Notes: generated by a model from the letters alone, not told the origin. A stretch of DNA of 64,000 nt from an uncultured Methylomirabilota bacterium (GCA_963705305.1 OY970067.1:1824001-1888000); one strand, 5' to 3'. Shown: positions 18,476 through 30,050, counted from the stretch's first letter. Numbers and translations: made by a program.

Positions 18476-21193
18476 TCAGCTTCCCGGGCCCGCAAAGGGC
18501 ATCCGCACGGTGAAGGTACTCCCGCGACCCTCGCCAGGAGACTCCGCCCAGATCCGTCCGCCATGCAGCTCCACCAGCCGCTTGCTCAGGGCGAGACCGA
18601 GGCCGGTGCCCTCCTGGGCCTGGGCGCGGGTGGTCTCGAGCTGGGTGAAGTTCTGGAAGAGCTTCGGGAGGTCCTCCGCCCGGATCCCCACGCCGGTGTC
18701 GGTGACGGCGAGCTCGAGGAACCGCGGGGGGGCAGGGGCGCCGGAGAGCGGGGGTGAGGTGTCTCGCGTGGCTCCCGCCGCCTCGGCGCACGCGCGGGCG
18801 GTGAGGGTGATGGTGCCCCGTTCGGGGGTGAACTTCACCGCGTTGGAGAGAAGGTTGAACAGGATCTGCTTGAAGCGGACGGGGTCGGCCGTGAGTGGGG
18901 GGAGGTCCGGGGCGATGGCGGCCGTGAGGACCTGCCCCTTCTCGCTGGCCAGGCCCCGGGCGATGACGAGGAGGTCCTCCAGAGTCTGGGCCACCGGGAG
19001 GGGCTCGGGCTGGAGGGCGATCTTCCCCGCCTCCACCTTCGCGAGGTCGAGGATGTCGTTGATGAGGGTGAGGAGGTGCTGGCCGCTCCCGTAGATGTGG
19101 CCCAGGTAGCGGCGCTGCTTCTCCGACAGGGCGGCCCCGACCTGCTCCTGGAGGATCTGGGCGAACCCGAGGATCCCGTTCAGGGGGGTCCGGAGCTCGT
19201 GGGACATGTTCGCGAGGAACTCGGACTTGTGCCGGGAGGCCGCCGCCAGCTCGGCCGTGCGGGCAGCGACCCGCTCTTCCAGTTCGGCGGCGTGGCGCTG
19301 GACCTCCGAATACAGCCCCGCGTTCTCGATGGCGATGGCGGCCTGGGTGGCAAACACCCGCAGGAGATTACGCTCGTCGGGGGTGAATTGCTCGCGGGGG
19401 TGCTCGTAGTCGAGCGCCAGGACGCCGATGAGCCGCTCGCGATAGAGAAGCGGTTCCCCCATCACGGCACTGATCTGCTTCCGCGCGAGCACTCGCTGGT
19501 CGGCGTACGGCTCGCCGGGATAGTTGGTCGTGACCACCCCTTCCCGGCGCCGGGCCACCTGCCCGGCGAGGCCGCCCTCCAGCGACTGCGGGGTGTCGGC
19601 CCGCCAAGCTTCGTAGCCGATCCAGGCCTGCGGCACGAGCTGGCCGGTCGCCGCCTCCCACAGGAAGCACGTCCCCGAGGTCGCGCACATGAGGCGGGTC
19701 GCCTGCTCCACAATGAGTTGGAGCAGGCGGGTGAGGTCCAGCTCGTGGGTGAGCTCGGTGCTCACCTCTCGGACGGCTTCGAGCTGCGCCGTACGGGCCC
19801 GGAGCGCCGCCTCGGCTTCCTGGCGTTCGGCGATCTCCTGCCGAGCCGTCTGGTAGAGGCGCACGTTCTCGCTGTAGAGCTGGCTGGCGGCCACGGCCCC
19901 GGCGATCTGGCCAGCGATGCGCTCGGCGAGCCGCACATCCCGGTCGGTATAGGCGTTGGCCTGGCGCGACCGCAGGAGCAGTCCCCCGATGACCCGGCCC
20001 TTCGAGAACAGGGGGACATTGAGAATCGACCGGAAACCTGCCTGGAAGGTCGAGACGAGGCCCGGGAATCTGTCTGCATATGCTCGAAAGTCATCCGTCT
20101 GGATCAGCAGGCTGGCCCCGGTCCGGACCACCTCGGCGTGGCCCGATCCTTCCAGGGGATACTCCTCCGAGGTATTCCGATCCTGGAGGCCCTCGCCTGC
20201 GATGAACGGATTCCGAACAACATTCTTCTCCGTATCGATGTGGCTGATGAGAATGCGGTCGAACGGCAGGACCTTCCGGGCTTCCGCAGCAAAGTTCTCG
20301 TAGACCTCCTCGATATTCAGGGTGGAGCTGATGAGCCGCCCCAGCTCCGCCATGATCGCTTTTTCCTGGGCTAGGCGTCGCGCCTCCTCCTCGCTGTGCC
20401 GGAGTTCCGCCTCGGCCTGCTTGCGGACGGTGATGTCTTCGATGAAACCCTCTAGGCGGAGGAGGTGGTCCACTTCATCGCGCACGGCCCAGACGTGGAG
20501 GAGACCCGGGAACGTGCTGCCGTCCTTGCGTCGATACAGGGTCTCCACGACGATCGGCACACGGCTCTCCGTAATCCTCTTGACGATCTCGGCGCGCTGT
20601 GGCGGGTCCGCGTACAGGTCGGTTGCCACATCATTGATTGCCCGCACGAGTTCTTCCGGAGACTCGTAGCCGAACATGAGGGCGCACGCGGGATTAACGT
20701 CGAGGAGCTTCCCTTCCAGCGTCGATTGGAAGATGCCCAGTACGGCGCGCTGAAAGAACCGGCGATGGCGCTCCTCACCTCCCCGGAACGCCAACTCGGC
20801 CGCCGCCCGCGCTCGGCGGAGGGTGCCGTAAGCGAGCGCCCCCCGGACGGCGTCCCCGAGCCGGGCGAGCCGGTCCTTGAGGAGGTAGTCAGCCGCCCCG
20901 AGCCGCAGGCATTCCAGGGTGACCTCCTCGCTGACGGTCCCGGTGACGATGAGCGTCGGGATGTCCCGGCCCTGCGCGCGCAGGAGCCCCAGCGCGTCCC
21001 GGGCGGTGAAGCCCGGCAGGGTGTAGTCGGCCAGGATGAGGTCCAGGGCGGGGGTGAGGTGCGCGAGGAAATCCGCCTCGGTCTCCACCCACTGCCAGTC
21101 GGGGGCGTACCCGGCTTCCTCGAGATGCCGGACCATCACCGCGGCGTCCGTGGGGCTGTCCTCGAGAATGAGCACCCGGAGCGGAGTGGCCAT
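18476..21193 (-). CDS. Sensor histidine kinase, REC-PAS-GAF-GAF-HisKA-HATPase
   Basis: VLILED, DLILADY; FLANMSHELRTPLN; NLLSNAVKFT, DTGVGI, GTGLGL. Confidence 0.95.
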   Translation of the reverse strand: MATPLRVLILEDSPTDAAVMVRHLEEAGYAPDWQWVETEADFLAHLTPALDLILADYTLPGFTARDALGLLRAQGRDIPTLIVTGTVSEEVTLECLRLGAADYLLKDRLARLGDAVRGALAYGTLRRARAAAELAFRGGEERHRRFFQRAVLGIFQSTLEGKLLDVNPACALMFGYESPEELVRAINDVATDLYADPPQRAEIVKRITESRVPIVVETLYRRKDGSTFPGLLHVWAVRDEVDHLLRLEGFIEDITVRKQAEAELRHSEEEARRLAQEKAIMAELGRLISSTLNIEEVYENFAAEARKVLPFDRILISHIDTEKNVVRNPFIAGEGLQDRNTSEEYPLEGSGHAEVVRTGASLLIQTDDFRAYADRFPGLVSTFQAGFRSILNVPLFSKGRVIGGLLLRSRQANAYTDRDVRLAERIAGQIAGAVAASQLYSENVRLYQTARQEIAERQEAEAALRARTAQLEAVREVSTELTHELDLTRLLQLIVEQATRLMCATSGTCFLWEAATGQLVPQAWIGYEAWRADTPQSLEGGLAGQVARRREGVVTTNYPGEPYADQRVLARKQISAVMGEPLLYRERLIGVLALDYEHPREQFTPDERNLLRVFATQAAIAIENAGLYSEVQRHAAELEERVAARTAELAAASRHKSEFLANMSHELRTPLNGILGFAQILQEQVGAALSEKQRRYLGHIYGSGQHLLTLINDILDLAKVEAGKIALQPEPLPVAQTLEDLLVIARGLASEKGQVLTAAIAPDLPPLTADPVRFKQILFNLLSNAVKFTPERGTITLTARACAEAAGATRDTSPPLSGAPAPPRFLELAVTDTGVGIRAEDLPKLFQNFTQLETTRAQAQEGTGLGLALSKRLVELHGGRIWAESPGEGRGSTFTVRMPFAGPGS

Positions 21194-21258
21194 GGGGGGA
21201 GCCTAGCGGGCCAGCCTCAGGCTGTCAAACAGGCAGCACGTATCGACGGCTCTTTCTG

Positions 21259-22192
21259 TAATCCGGGACGTTGCCAAGCAATTCACGGAGCGGCCGTGAG
21301 CAGTCGCTCCCACCGCGCGCGCTCCACGCGGCCGCGCGCTACCGCCTGGGACACCGCCTGGGGGGAGACCCCGAGGACGGGAGCCCGGGGCCCCGCGGGG
21401 TGCCCGCCCACCGCCACCCAGCGGGAGGCGATGCCGGCCCGGGCGCGCGCCACCGCGCCGGGGCCCCCCCGCCAGGGTGGCCCGCCCCAGACCGCCCTAG
21501 CGGCAGCCCCGGGCCGTGCGGGGCGCCCCCCGGAGGGCGGGTCTGCGGACCGGGGCGGCCGACGCCCCCGCCGGCTGCCGCTGCGCCGCAAACGCCGCCC
21601 GGCCGCGGATCCGCGCATCCCCGCGATCCGCCGCGCGCGGGCGGGGGCCGCACTGCCCAAGGCTGGTCCGCGTGTCTCGCCAGGCCCGGGGGCCCGTTCC
21701 CCCGAGCGCGCTGTGGCCGGTCCAGGGGCAGCGGGCGAGCGTCCGGAGCGCGGGCACGCCGTTCGCGCGGCGCGGGTGGAGGTGCAGGTAGCGGACGCGG
21801 TCCCGGAGGGAGGGCGCCGCCGCCACCACGAGGGCCGTGTCGCGGCTCTGGAAGAGGTGCCCGACCCGCTTCTGGCGGCGGTTGACGGCCCCGGCGGAGC
21901 CGGTCCGGAGGGACCGCATGCTCCGGGGCAGGGGGCGCGTCCCGGTCCGGACCAGGCGGTGGGCGTGGTTCGGGAGGGCCCAGGCGTAGACGGTGAGGGC
22001 CCCCTGCTCCGCCAGGGCGGCGAGGCGGACGAGGAAGTCCGTCCGATCGGTGTCGGCGCGGAAGAGCCTGGTGCGCTCGATCCCGCGCACCCTCACCTGG
22101 TGCAGCGTGTCCGGCGCCTCCAGCCGCGGCTGGCGTGGCCTGATGGAGTTGCGGCTCGCACACCTTGGTTTACTTGGCAACGTCCCGGATTA
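21259..22192 (-). mobile_element. Degenerate RAYT-like (Y1 HUH) transposase element with 20-bp inverted repeats
   Basis: RGIER, PNHAH (HUH), GHLFQSR motifs, frameshifted C-terminus; perfect IR TAATCCGGGACGTTGCCAAG at 21259-78 and 22173-92. Confidence 0.8.
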
Positions 22193-22380
22193 TTCCGCCC
22201 TTCGGTTCCCGGCTCCGGATCAGATGCTGCGCCTGCAAGTGACTGGTGACTCACATTCGCGGAGTCACAGGCGGAGGTAATGCGGGTCGTTTCGTATTCA
22301 AGAAATACACCCGAATGCGCGGATTCCTGAACTACCCCCATGTTTTCCAACAGACGACAAACATGGTCCACCCGCCCTAA

Positions 22381-23319
22381 TTACGGACAGTACTCGTTGC
22401 CATTTCCACTGAGTCTTCTTCCGCCAGCACACTTTATATCGCAGTGAATGTCATTGAGTTTGTAGGTCCATATTTGATTACAAGCCCCACCACCGCCCCA
22501 AAGATCTAGAGAGCTGCCATCATCGCTAATCTTGACCTTGTATGTGTAATCTCTTTCGAGGCCCGGCGCATATAAGCACTGGCCGGGCCAACTGGCTTCC
22601 AAACCATCCAGGGTCAATTCCCCTGGCCCCATGTGCACCCATCCGTTGGCAGAGTGAACCCCGTAATTGAGCTTATTTCCCTGTACATCTATCTCCCAAG
22701 CTCCACAAAGAAACCGCGCGCCGTTAAGTCGGGCGAGCAGCTCTTGCTGCTTCTTTTGTCTCTTTGCCGCAATTCCTGCCGGGCTTGACTCCCAGGCTCG
22801 CTGTTGCTCCTCTTGCTGTCTCTTCACCTGTTCTTCCGCCGCGGCCTGCTTATACGCCTTCAACTTGTAGATTTCGTCCTGGGCGTCGCGGGCGTCGGCG
22901 GGGTGGGTCAGCAGGTAAAGGTTCAGGCTGGCGATGGCGTCGTCATACTGATGCGCTGCCTTCTGGACGATGGCCAGCTTCTCATAGGCCTCCGCCCACC
23001 AGGGAGCGGCCAGCAGCGCCGCTTTGTATTCATCAATGGCTCTGGCGAAGCCGCTGCTTTCGGTCGCTTTCTCCGTGAATGCCTGCGCCATGACGTAGTG
23101 CGCGCGGGCCTCTTCGGGAATCGCCGGCGCCGGACTCATGGTCTGCACAAGCGCGATGATCTTCTCCCGCAGCGCCGTGTCGCCGGGGTTGCTCTGCAGA
23201 TCGGCGACGTATTGGTTGAGCGTCTGCTGCGGGTCAGCCGTCTGCGCCCGCGCCGGAATGGCGACCGCGCATAACAGCGGGAAAAGCATAATTCCCAGAA
23301 GAATCGTTCTTGTCTTCAT
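22381..23319 (-). CDS. Secreted TPR-repeat protein with Cys-containing C-terminal domain
   Basis: Signal peptide ending ARA-Q; AIDEYKAALLAAPWWAEAY TPR-like. Confidence 0.75.
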   Translation of the reverse strand: MKTRTILLGIMLFPLLCAVAIPARAQTADPQQTLNQYVADLQSNPGDTALREKIIALVQTMSPAPAIPEEARAHYVMAQAFTEKATESSGFARAIDEYKAALLAAPWWAEAYEKLAIVQKAAHQYDDAIASLNLYLLTHPADARDAQDEIYKLKAYKQAAAEEQVKRQQEEQQRAWESSPAGIAAKRQKKQQELLARLNGARFLCGAWEIDVQGNKLNYGVHSANGWVHMGPGELTLDGLEASWPGQCLYAPGLERDYTYKVKISDDGSSLDLWGGGGACNQIWTYKLNDIHCDIKCAGGRRLSGNGNEYCP

Positions 23320-23387
23320 GGTTTGTCACTCCTTGGTACAGCATTTTTCGATTGGGCACGGGGGGAGGGCCGCGCAGGCGTTGCGGG

Positions 23388-25723
23388 CTATGGCTGCGCC
23401 GGGCGCATGGCGTTATGGACCGGGAACACGGAGGCCAGATGGCGGGCGTGGTCCAGGATCTCGTCGACGTATGTGCTGTCAGGGGCCAGGCTCTTGGCCA
23501 TTTCCATCTCCCTGACCTCGGTGGCGTAGTTTCCCCACGCTTCAGAGAGCAGAGCGTTGCCGACCAGCATCTCCACGGTCTTATTAACCAGTGCATAATA
23601 GTGTAGACATTAGGCGGCCGCCGCATACTTGGTCGTGGGGGCCTGGAAGAAGGACCGGACGATCAGAGGGGAGTGCTGGAGGTGCCGGAGGTGCGAGCGC
23701 ACCGCCCGCTGCAGGTCGGCGGGGCCGGTGAGGGCCATCCGGCCGATCCCGTTGTTCTTGAGATCGTTCCAGACCCACTCGTCGGGGTTTAGTTCGGGCG
23801 CGTAGGGCGGGAGGCGAAAGAGCTGAATCCGGGGCGCCACGGAGGCGACGAACTTCTCGACGCGCTTCGCCCTGTGGGCCGGGTGCCCGTCCACGATGAC
23901 GAAGAGGACGCCGGGGACATCGTGGAGGAGGCGCTTGAGGAACGCGATGAACACCTTCGCGCCCACCCGGCCCTTGGTCGCCATGAACCGGAGTTCCCCC
24001 CGCGGGGAGACGGCCGAGAGCCGGGTCAGGCCGAAGCGGGCCCCGGTGGTCGAGACGATGGGGGTCTGGCCGCGGGGCGCCCAGGGGGTCCCCGCGTGGG
24101 CATCCGAGCGGATCCCGGCCTCGTTGCCAAAGAAGAGGCGCGCGTGCTGGCGCTGGGCGGCCGCCGCGATCTGGGGGTACTCCTCCTGGAGCCACCGCTC
24201 GACCTGGGCCGGGTCCTGCTGGTAGGTCCGCCACAGGGGGCGCTGGGCGCTCAGCCCGAGCTGGCCGAGGAGCCGACTCACGGAGCTGCGGCTGAGGGGA
24301 ATGCCGAACCGGTCCCGGATGAGCGTCGCCACCAGCGAGGCCGTCCAGAGGGCGAAGAGGAAGTGGAGTTGCTGCGGGCTCTTCCCGGTCACCGTGTCGT
24401 AGAGCCAGCGGAGGGCCTTCCCGTCCAGCTTCGGCGGCCGGCCCCCCCGCTTGCGGGCATCCAGGGCGTGCCAGCCGTACACGGCTTGGCGGGACACCCC
24501 GAAGACCCGCGCCACCACTTCGGGGCTCTCCCCGCCCTGGATTTGGGTCACGGCGCGGGTGCGCAGTTCGGTGAGCATCCGGTGATCGAGGCGGCGGGCA
24601 TCATTAAGTCGCATACCGGTTTCACAGCATCCCTAGCGATGTATGTCAATACTATTATGCACAGATTAGTAACATCGTGCCCAGGGGCTTTGAAGTTCGC
24701 CGACATCACGGCCAGGGCCAGGTCCCAATTGGCGATGACCTTGTTGCCGGGGTCGAGTTGGCCGGCGCGTTTGGCGGAATCGCTGGCCGTGGCTGCGTCA
24801 CCCATCATCAGGGCCGCCAGGCCGTGGTAGAGCCACTGCATGGCCCGGTCCTTGTCTTCCTGCTCCTTTTGCTGGCGACCCTTCAGAATGTCCTGCGCCA
24901 GCAGCAGGCCGTTGCGCACCAGAGGGTCGTCGGGGCGCTGCAACTGCGCCTGCTTGAAGTACGCGACCGCATCCTGGGCGTCCTGGACGCTGAACGTCGG
25001 CCGCATCAGCGCCTGGAAGCCTTTGTTGTAGTTGGCGTTCTGGAAGGTGGCCGGGTCAATCTGGGCCGGGAAGACGCGCTCCTCGCCCCGCACGACGTGC
25101 GGATCCAGCGTGATCGGTTTGTCCGGGTCCAGGCCCAGGCAGCGGAGATCGACCACGGCGGATCCCAAGTTGCCCCACTGGCATCCCGGATCCTTCGCCG
25201 TTTGCACGCCGCTCGAACTGGGAGCGTCCTTCAGGCCGAGGGCGCCCGTGCCCGTATCGCCGAGGCCCTTGAGCCCGAGGGTGTTCCCGGTCTCGGCCCC
25301 CTCCAGGCCAAGCTCGCCCGCGATGCCCTTCATGTCGCGCAGCGCCTCCTGCTTGCTTTGCTCGAACTCCGCCTGCCGGCGCTGAGCCTCCTCGGCCTCC
25401 TGCCGCTGGCGCTCGGCCTCCTGCCGCCGCAGCTCCTCTTCCTGGCGCTGGCGTTGGGCCTCCTGCCGCTGGCGCTCGGCTTCGTCGTCAATGGAGGGCG
25501 ACGCGGGAGGCCCTGTACTTCGGCCGCCCCAGTTCGGGCCGGGCGCGCAGCTCATGCTCCCTGAATTCGGGACGCCGCCGCACGCGGAGCACCAGGCCGC
25601 ATACGCCCGCCACCACGCCCCCCCAAAGCCGGCCGGCGGGCTGCTACAGTTCTGCGCCGCGGCCAGCGAAGGCAGCAGCACCGCCACCCCGAGCAAAGCG
25701 GCCACACCGAGGAGCCGTTTCAT
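23388..25723 (-). pseudogene. Secreted coiled-coil/TPR protein interrupted by IS630
   Basis: Signal peptide MKRLLG...AAAQ; removing the IS joins HDVTN to KTVEMLVGNALL in frame. Confidence 0.8.
23587..24666 (-). mobile_element. IS630-family insertion sequence (transposase 23610-24614)
   Basis: IRs ACCAGTGCATAATAGTGTAGACAT / ATGTCAATACTATTATGCACAGAT, TA duplication; FGNEAG, VDGHPAH, PPYAPELNPDE; first catalytic Asp appears as Asn. Confidence 0.93.
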
Positions 25724-25894
25724 GGTCGCCTCCCAGCGCGAAGGCACCTATGATTACCTGGGTCCACATATAGCAAACGGCAGGCCGCTCCGCAAGCTTA
25801 TGGAGACAGACAGTACGCCCCGAGGAACAGGTCTGGACGCCTGTTTGCAAGCGGAGACTGCTCCGGACTGACCATAAACGACTGTCAACGGATC

Positions 25895-26551
25895 GTGGGG
25901 GAACTACGGAAGCTGGGCATCGCGGTGGCCAAATCCACGGTCGAGAACTATCGCATCCGCCCGCGCCGGCCGCCCTCCCCGTCGTGGCGAGCCTTCCTGA
26001 AGGCTCACCTCTCGGAGATCGTCGCGCTGGACTTTTTCACGGCCCCGACGGTCAACTTCCGGGTGCTCTTTGTGCCCATCGTGCTGGCGCATGACCGCCG
26101 GCGGATTCTCCATTTCACTGTGACCGCGCATCCAACCGCCCACTGGACCGCCCAGCAGCTGGTCGAGGCCTTCCCCTGGCGTACGGCCCCCCGGTACCTG
26201 CTCCGGGATCGCGATGGGGTGTATGGCCAGACCTTTCAGCAGCGCGTGGCGGGCTTGGGCCTGGCGCAAGTGCTCACCCCGCCGCGGAGTCCCTGGCAGA
26301 ATCCGTTTGCGGAGCGCCTCATCGGGAGCATTCGATGGGAGTGTCTGGACCACGTGATCGTCTGCAGCGAAGAGCATCTCCGCCGCATCCTCGCGCGATA
26401 CGTCGATTATTATCACCGCTGGCGGACGCCCTTGTCATTGGCCATGGATGCTCCCGACCGGCGCCCGGTGCAGCGGCCGGATCAGGGTGCCATCATCGCG
26501 GTGCCGGAAGTGGGTGGGTTGCATTACCACTACGAACGGAGGGCTGCGTGA
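25895..26551 (+). pseudogene. 5'-truncated integrase-core (rve/DDE) transposase
   Basis: ALDFF, LLRDRD, PWQNPFAERLIGS; no N-terminal HTH region. Confidence 0.8.
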
Positions 26552-26771
26552 GGGCCGACGTGCGATGAGTTTTCGGGAGGGACACTCAGCGGAGGAAACG
26601 AGCTTGCCGGCGGGTTTGGTCGGGGTTCATTACAACGGCCAGGAGTTCCTGCGTGGGGGCGACGTTCTAGTGAGGCTTCCAGGCAGGGAGGCCAGATAGT
26701 ATCTTGTGTACTATCTTTATGTTCGGTATTTTGGGTGTCCGCTGAGCTACCCCGCGGCCAGACCCATGACA

Positions 26772-28076
26772 TTAAGTTTCAAGATTAACACCCTTGGTCT
26801 CCGGTGTCCGGAGAATCGCGATGATCGCCATTACCGCGTAGACCATCACCAGAAGCCCGATATAGATATAGGCCTCGCGGACGCCGTAGGCGCGCAGGAG
26901 CAACCCGGCAACAATCGGGATCAGTCCCCCGCCGTACACCTGCGAGATTTGATAAGCCAGGCTCGCGCCTGAGGCGCGATAGCGCGTCGGGAAATTCTCC
27001 GTATAAAAGGTCGGAATCGCGCCGTAGCCAAAGCCGAACACGAAGCCGAAGCCGATGATCTCCGCAACCATGGCGAGGATGAAACTGCCGGTATTGACGA
27101 GAGAGAAATACGGAATCGCGAAGACCAGGAATACGACGGCGGCGATCAACAGGATCGTCCGGCGATTGATGAGATCCGCGAGCAGCGAGCCGATGATCAT
27201 GAACACCAACATGAAAGCTGCGGCGATCAGTCCGATCTTCTCGGGCGCGTCGCCGGTGAAGCCGACCGCCTTCATGTAACTGGTGCCGAACACGAAGTAG
27301 AGGAAGAAGCAGCCACCGAACATTGCATTCACCAGGGAGGTGCGCAGAATGGTCAGCGGCATCTCGCGCCATACCTGCCGCGCTGGGTGTTCGAGAATCG
27401 CGTTCTGTGCCTTGTGCTGATCGAACACAAAGCTGTCCATGGTGCGCGTGCGGATGACAATGCCGACGATCGCCACCAAGAAGCCGGCGTAGAAGAAGAT
27501 GCGCCAGCCCCAGGCAATAAAGTTCTGCGGCGTCATCAGCGACTTGACGAAGATCACCGAGCCGAAGCCGAGCAGCAGCCCGATCGGGATTGCGAAACCG
27601 ACCCAAGCACCCCAGAAAGCGCGGTGCTTTGAACGCGCTGCCTGTTCGACCACCCAGGTTGACGCGGTGCCAAACTCGGCGCCGAAACTGATACCCTGCA
27701 TCAACCGAAAGAGGATCAGCAGCGCCGCCGCGCTGGCGCCGATGCTCTCATAGGTCGGCGTAAGTCCGATCAGCAGCGTACTGACGCCCATCAGCACCAG
27801 CGCATAGACCATCGCGTCCCTGCGCCCTCGCCGGTCGGCGAGATGGCCAAAGATATAAGCGCCAACCGGGCGAATGATGATGCCAAGACCATAGACGCCT
27901 ATCGCCGCTGCGAGCGCCGCAAGAGCCGGCAGCTTGAAGAAGATGCCGCCCCAGACGGTCGCCGCAATCACACCGGTGACCAGATAATCGTATTGTTCGA
28001 TCACCGAGCCGATAATGCTCGCCAGTGCGATTTTATATATCTGTTTACTGGTCGGAGTTGCGACTGCCTCGTTCAT
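26772..28076 (-). CDS. MFS transporter (metabolite:H+ symporter family)
   Basis: IEQYD, RPVGAYIFGHLADRRGRR, FRLMQGISFGAE, ENFPTRYRASG, PETKG. Confidence 0.93.
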   Translation of the reverse strand: MNEAVATPTSKQIYKIALASIIGSVIEQYDYLVTGVIAATVWGGIFFKLPALAALAAAIGVYGLGIIIRPVGAYIFGHLADRRGRRDAMVYALVLMGVSTLLIGLTPTYESIGASAAALLILFRLMQGISFGAEFGTASTWVVEQAARSKHRAFWGAWVGFAIPIGLLLGFGSVIFVKSLMTPQNFIAWGWRIFFYAGFLVAIVGIVIRTRTMDSFVFDQHKAQNAILEHPARQVWREMPLTILRTSLVNAMFGGCFFLYFVFGTSYMKAVGFTGDAPEKIGLIAAAFMLVFMIIGSLLADLINRRTILLIAAVVFLVFAIPYFSLVNTGSFILAMVAEIIGFGFVFGFGYGAIPTFYTENFPTRYRASGASLAYQISQVYGGGLIPIVAGLLLRAYGVREAYIYIGLLVMVYAVMAIIAILRTPETKGVNLET

Positions 28077-28505
28077 TTTCTTTCCTCCGTTTCAAACCTT
28101 TTCACGAAATTGTGATGGGAAAGATCGTAGGAGAATCCGTCCCACCACCGACCATCCCCGCACGGCCTGTGCGTGCGGCGCAGCGCGGGGGCCTTAACCG
28201 GATAGGAAGTTGGAAACCGACCTCGGCGGGACGCCGGGCCGGACGAGGCGGAGCGGCCACGGGGCGGCCGAACCGAGGGGAGAACCCGCGAAGACCTCAA
28301 TACGGCAGGGACGGTACCACCGGCGGGCTGGGGGTGTCAAGGAGGGAAATCACGGGGAACAGGAATACGTTCGGTAGCACGCGGCGCGCCTGTCCCTCCT
28401 GAAAACCCCATCCTGCCGGACCTCACGCCGCTCGCCGTTCATAATGGCGATCTAAGCCGCCGGAACCTCGTGTTTCTAAAGGCGTATGATGCCTGCGATG
28501 TCAAG

Positions 28506-28530
28506 TGTACAAAAGCCTTCGGGTCCCCCT
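28506..28530 (+). other. att-like site B, left half (split by IS110)
   Basis: TGTACAAAAGCCTTCGGGTCCCC-CT; rejoins 30053 to give TCCCC-CT-GGGGACACCA. Confidence 0.75.
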
Positions 28531-28544
28531 TATATTCTCTTCGA

Positions 28545-28770
28545 GGGAAATGAGAGTACGTCGAGTATTCTGGCTCCCCCGACGAGACAGGATCCGGAGT
28601 TCGCTGGTTGAGGACCGGAGTCCCCCCATCCCGGGCGAGGATCATCCCCAGACCGTCCCCTCCAGCGACTATACGGCGTCAGGTTCAATGGGAAGTCGTC
28701 CCTCTCGAGGACCGATATAAGGCCAACCCGCCGTTCCGGACTCCGGGATCCGCTGACGGGAGAAGTGAGG
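28545..28770 (+). ncRNA. Putative IS110 bridge RNA (ends approximate)
   Basis: Target guides GTCCCCC (28620-26) and TCCCCAG (28645-51); donor guides GGAAGTC (28691-97) and ATATAAG (28715-21). Confidence 0.8.
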
Positions 28771-28777
28771 ACAGGCG

Positions 28778-29995
28778 ATGCGGTGCTACATCGGGGTGGA
28801 CTGGGCCGATACGGCGCATGCGATCAGGGTGGAGGACACACAGGGGGCCCGGGTGCTCGAGCGGGTCGTCCCTCACACGGCCGAGGGGCTCGCCGAGTGG
28901 GGGCGCTGGCTGGATGAGCGGCGGGCGAGCGGGGCGGAACTCTGGGCGGCCATCGAGCGGCCGGACGGGCGGGTGGTGGACTTCCCCCTGGATCACGGGG
29001 GGCGCGTGTTCCCGATCAACCCCAAGGCCCTGGACCGGGCGCGGGACCGCTACCGGATGAACGCCTCCAAGAGCGACCCCTTCGACGCCCACGTGCTGGC
29101 GGCCTTCCTCCGCACGGATCACCCTCATCTGCATGCCCTGCAGCCGAGCTCGGAGGCCGCCCAGGAGCTCAAGCTCCTCACACGGGACTCTGCGCGCCTC
29201 GTGCGCGACCAGACCCGCCTCGTGAATCAGCTCACGGCTACGCTGAAAGAGTACTACCCCCGGGCCCTGGAGGTCTGTGGCGACGTCCCCACCAAGCGGG
29301 CGGCGGCTTTCCTTCGCGCCTACCCGACCCCCGCGGCCTTGGCGGCGCTCGCCCGGGCCAAGTGGCTCCGATTCGCCACCCTGCATCGCTGGAACGCCGA
29401 GCCGGCGGCCGCCCTCTGGGAACTGTTCCGTCACCCGCAGCTGCCCGTGCCGGAGCACGTGGTGCGCGCCAAGCGCCGCCTCGTCCTCGTGCTGCTCCGG
29501 CCGCTCGAGACCGTCGTCCAGGCCGTGGACGACTCCCGCAAGGCGGTGATGGAGTTCTTCGCGCCGCTGCCGGCGGCGGCGTGGGCCACCACCCTGCCGG
29601 CCAGCCAGGGGACGCTGGTCCCCACGATCTGGGCCGAGCTCGGTGATGCGGCCAGCCGCTGGGTGTCCTGGCAGCACCTCCAGGGGCACAGCGGGGTGGT
29701 CCCGGTGACCCGATCCAGCGGCAAGTCCCACGCGGTCTGCTTTCGCTTCGCGTGCAACCTCCACCTCCGTCGGGCCCTCCAGCAATTCGCCTTCTGCTCG
29801 CTCAAGTCCAGCGAGTGGGCGCGGGCCTACTACGATCAGCAGCGGGCGCGCGGCCATCGGCACCAGGCCGCGCTCCGCGCCCTCGCAGCAAAGTGGGTGA
29901 AGATCCTCTTCGTGCTCTGGACCCGGCAGATCGCCTATGACGAGAACTACCATCTCGCCATGAGGACGCGCCAACAGTTGCGGCAGGCAGCATGA
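28778..29995 (+). CDS. IS110-family DEDD recombinase
   Basis: GVDWA, AIE, KSDPFDA (DEDD); SGVVPVTRSSG serine motif. Confidence 0.95.
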   Translation: MRCYIGVDWADTAHAIRVEDTQGARVLERVVPHTAEGLAEWGRWLDERRASGAELWAAIERPDGRVVDFPLDHGGRVFPINPKALDRARDRYRMNASKSDPFDAHVLAAFLRTDHPHLHALQPSSEAAQELKLLTRDSARLVRDQTRLVNQLTATLKEYYPRALEVCGDVPTKRAAAFLRAYPTPAALAALARAKWLRFATLHRWNAEPAAALWELFRHPQLPVPEHVVRAKRRLVLVLLRPLETVVQAVDDSRKAVMEFFAPLPAAAWATTLPASQGTLVPTIWAELGDAASRWVSWQHLQGHSGVVPVTRSSGKSHAVCFRFACNLHLRRALQQFAFCSLKSSEWARAYYDQQRARGHRHQAALRALAAKWVKILFVLWTRQIAYDENYHLAMRTRQQLRQAA

Positions 29996-30050
29996 GCATC
30001 TTTCTAAAGGCAATACTACTCCGTGCTCTTGACAAGGGGTCATAGGAAGT

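Noticed and set aside
28473..30011. TTTCTAAAGGC present both before and inside the IS110
   Set aside because: Only 11 bp, not at the element boundaries defined by the CT core; may be chance
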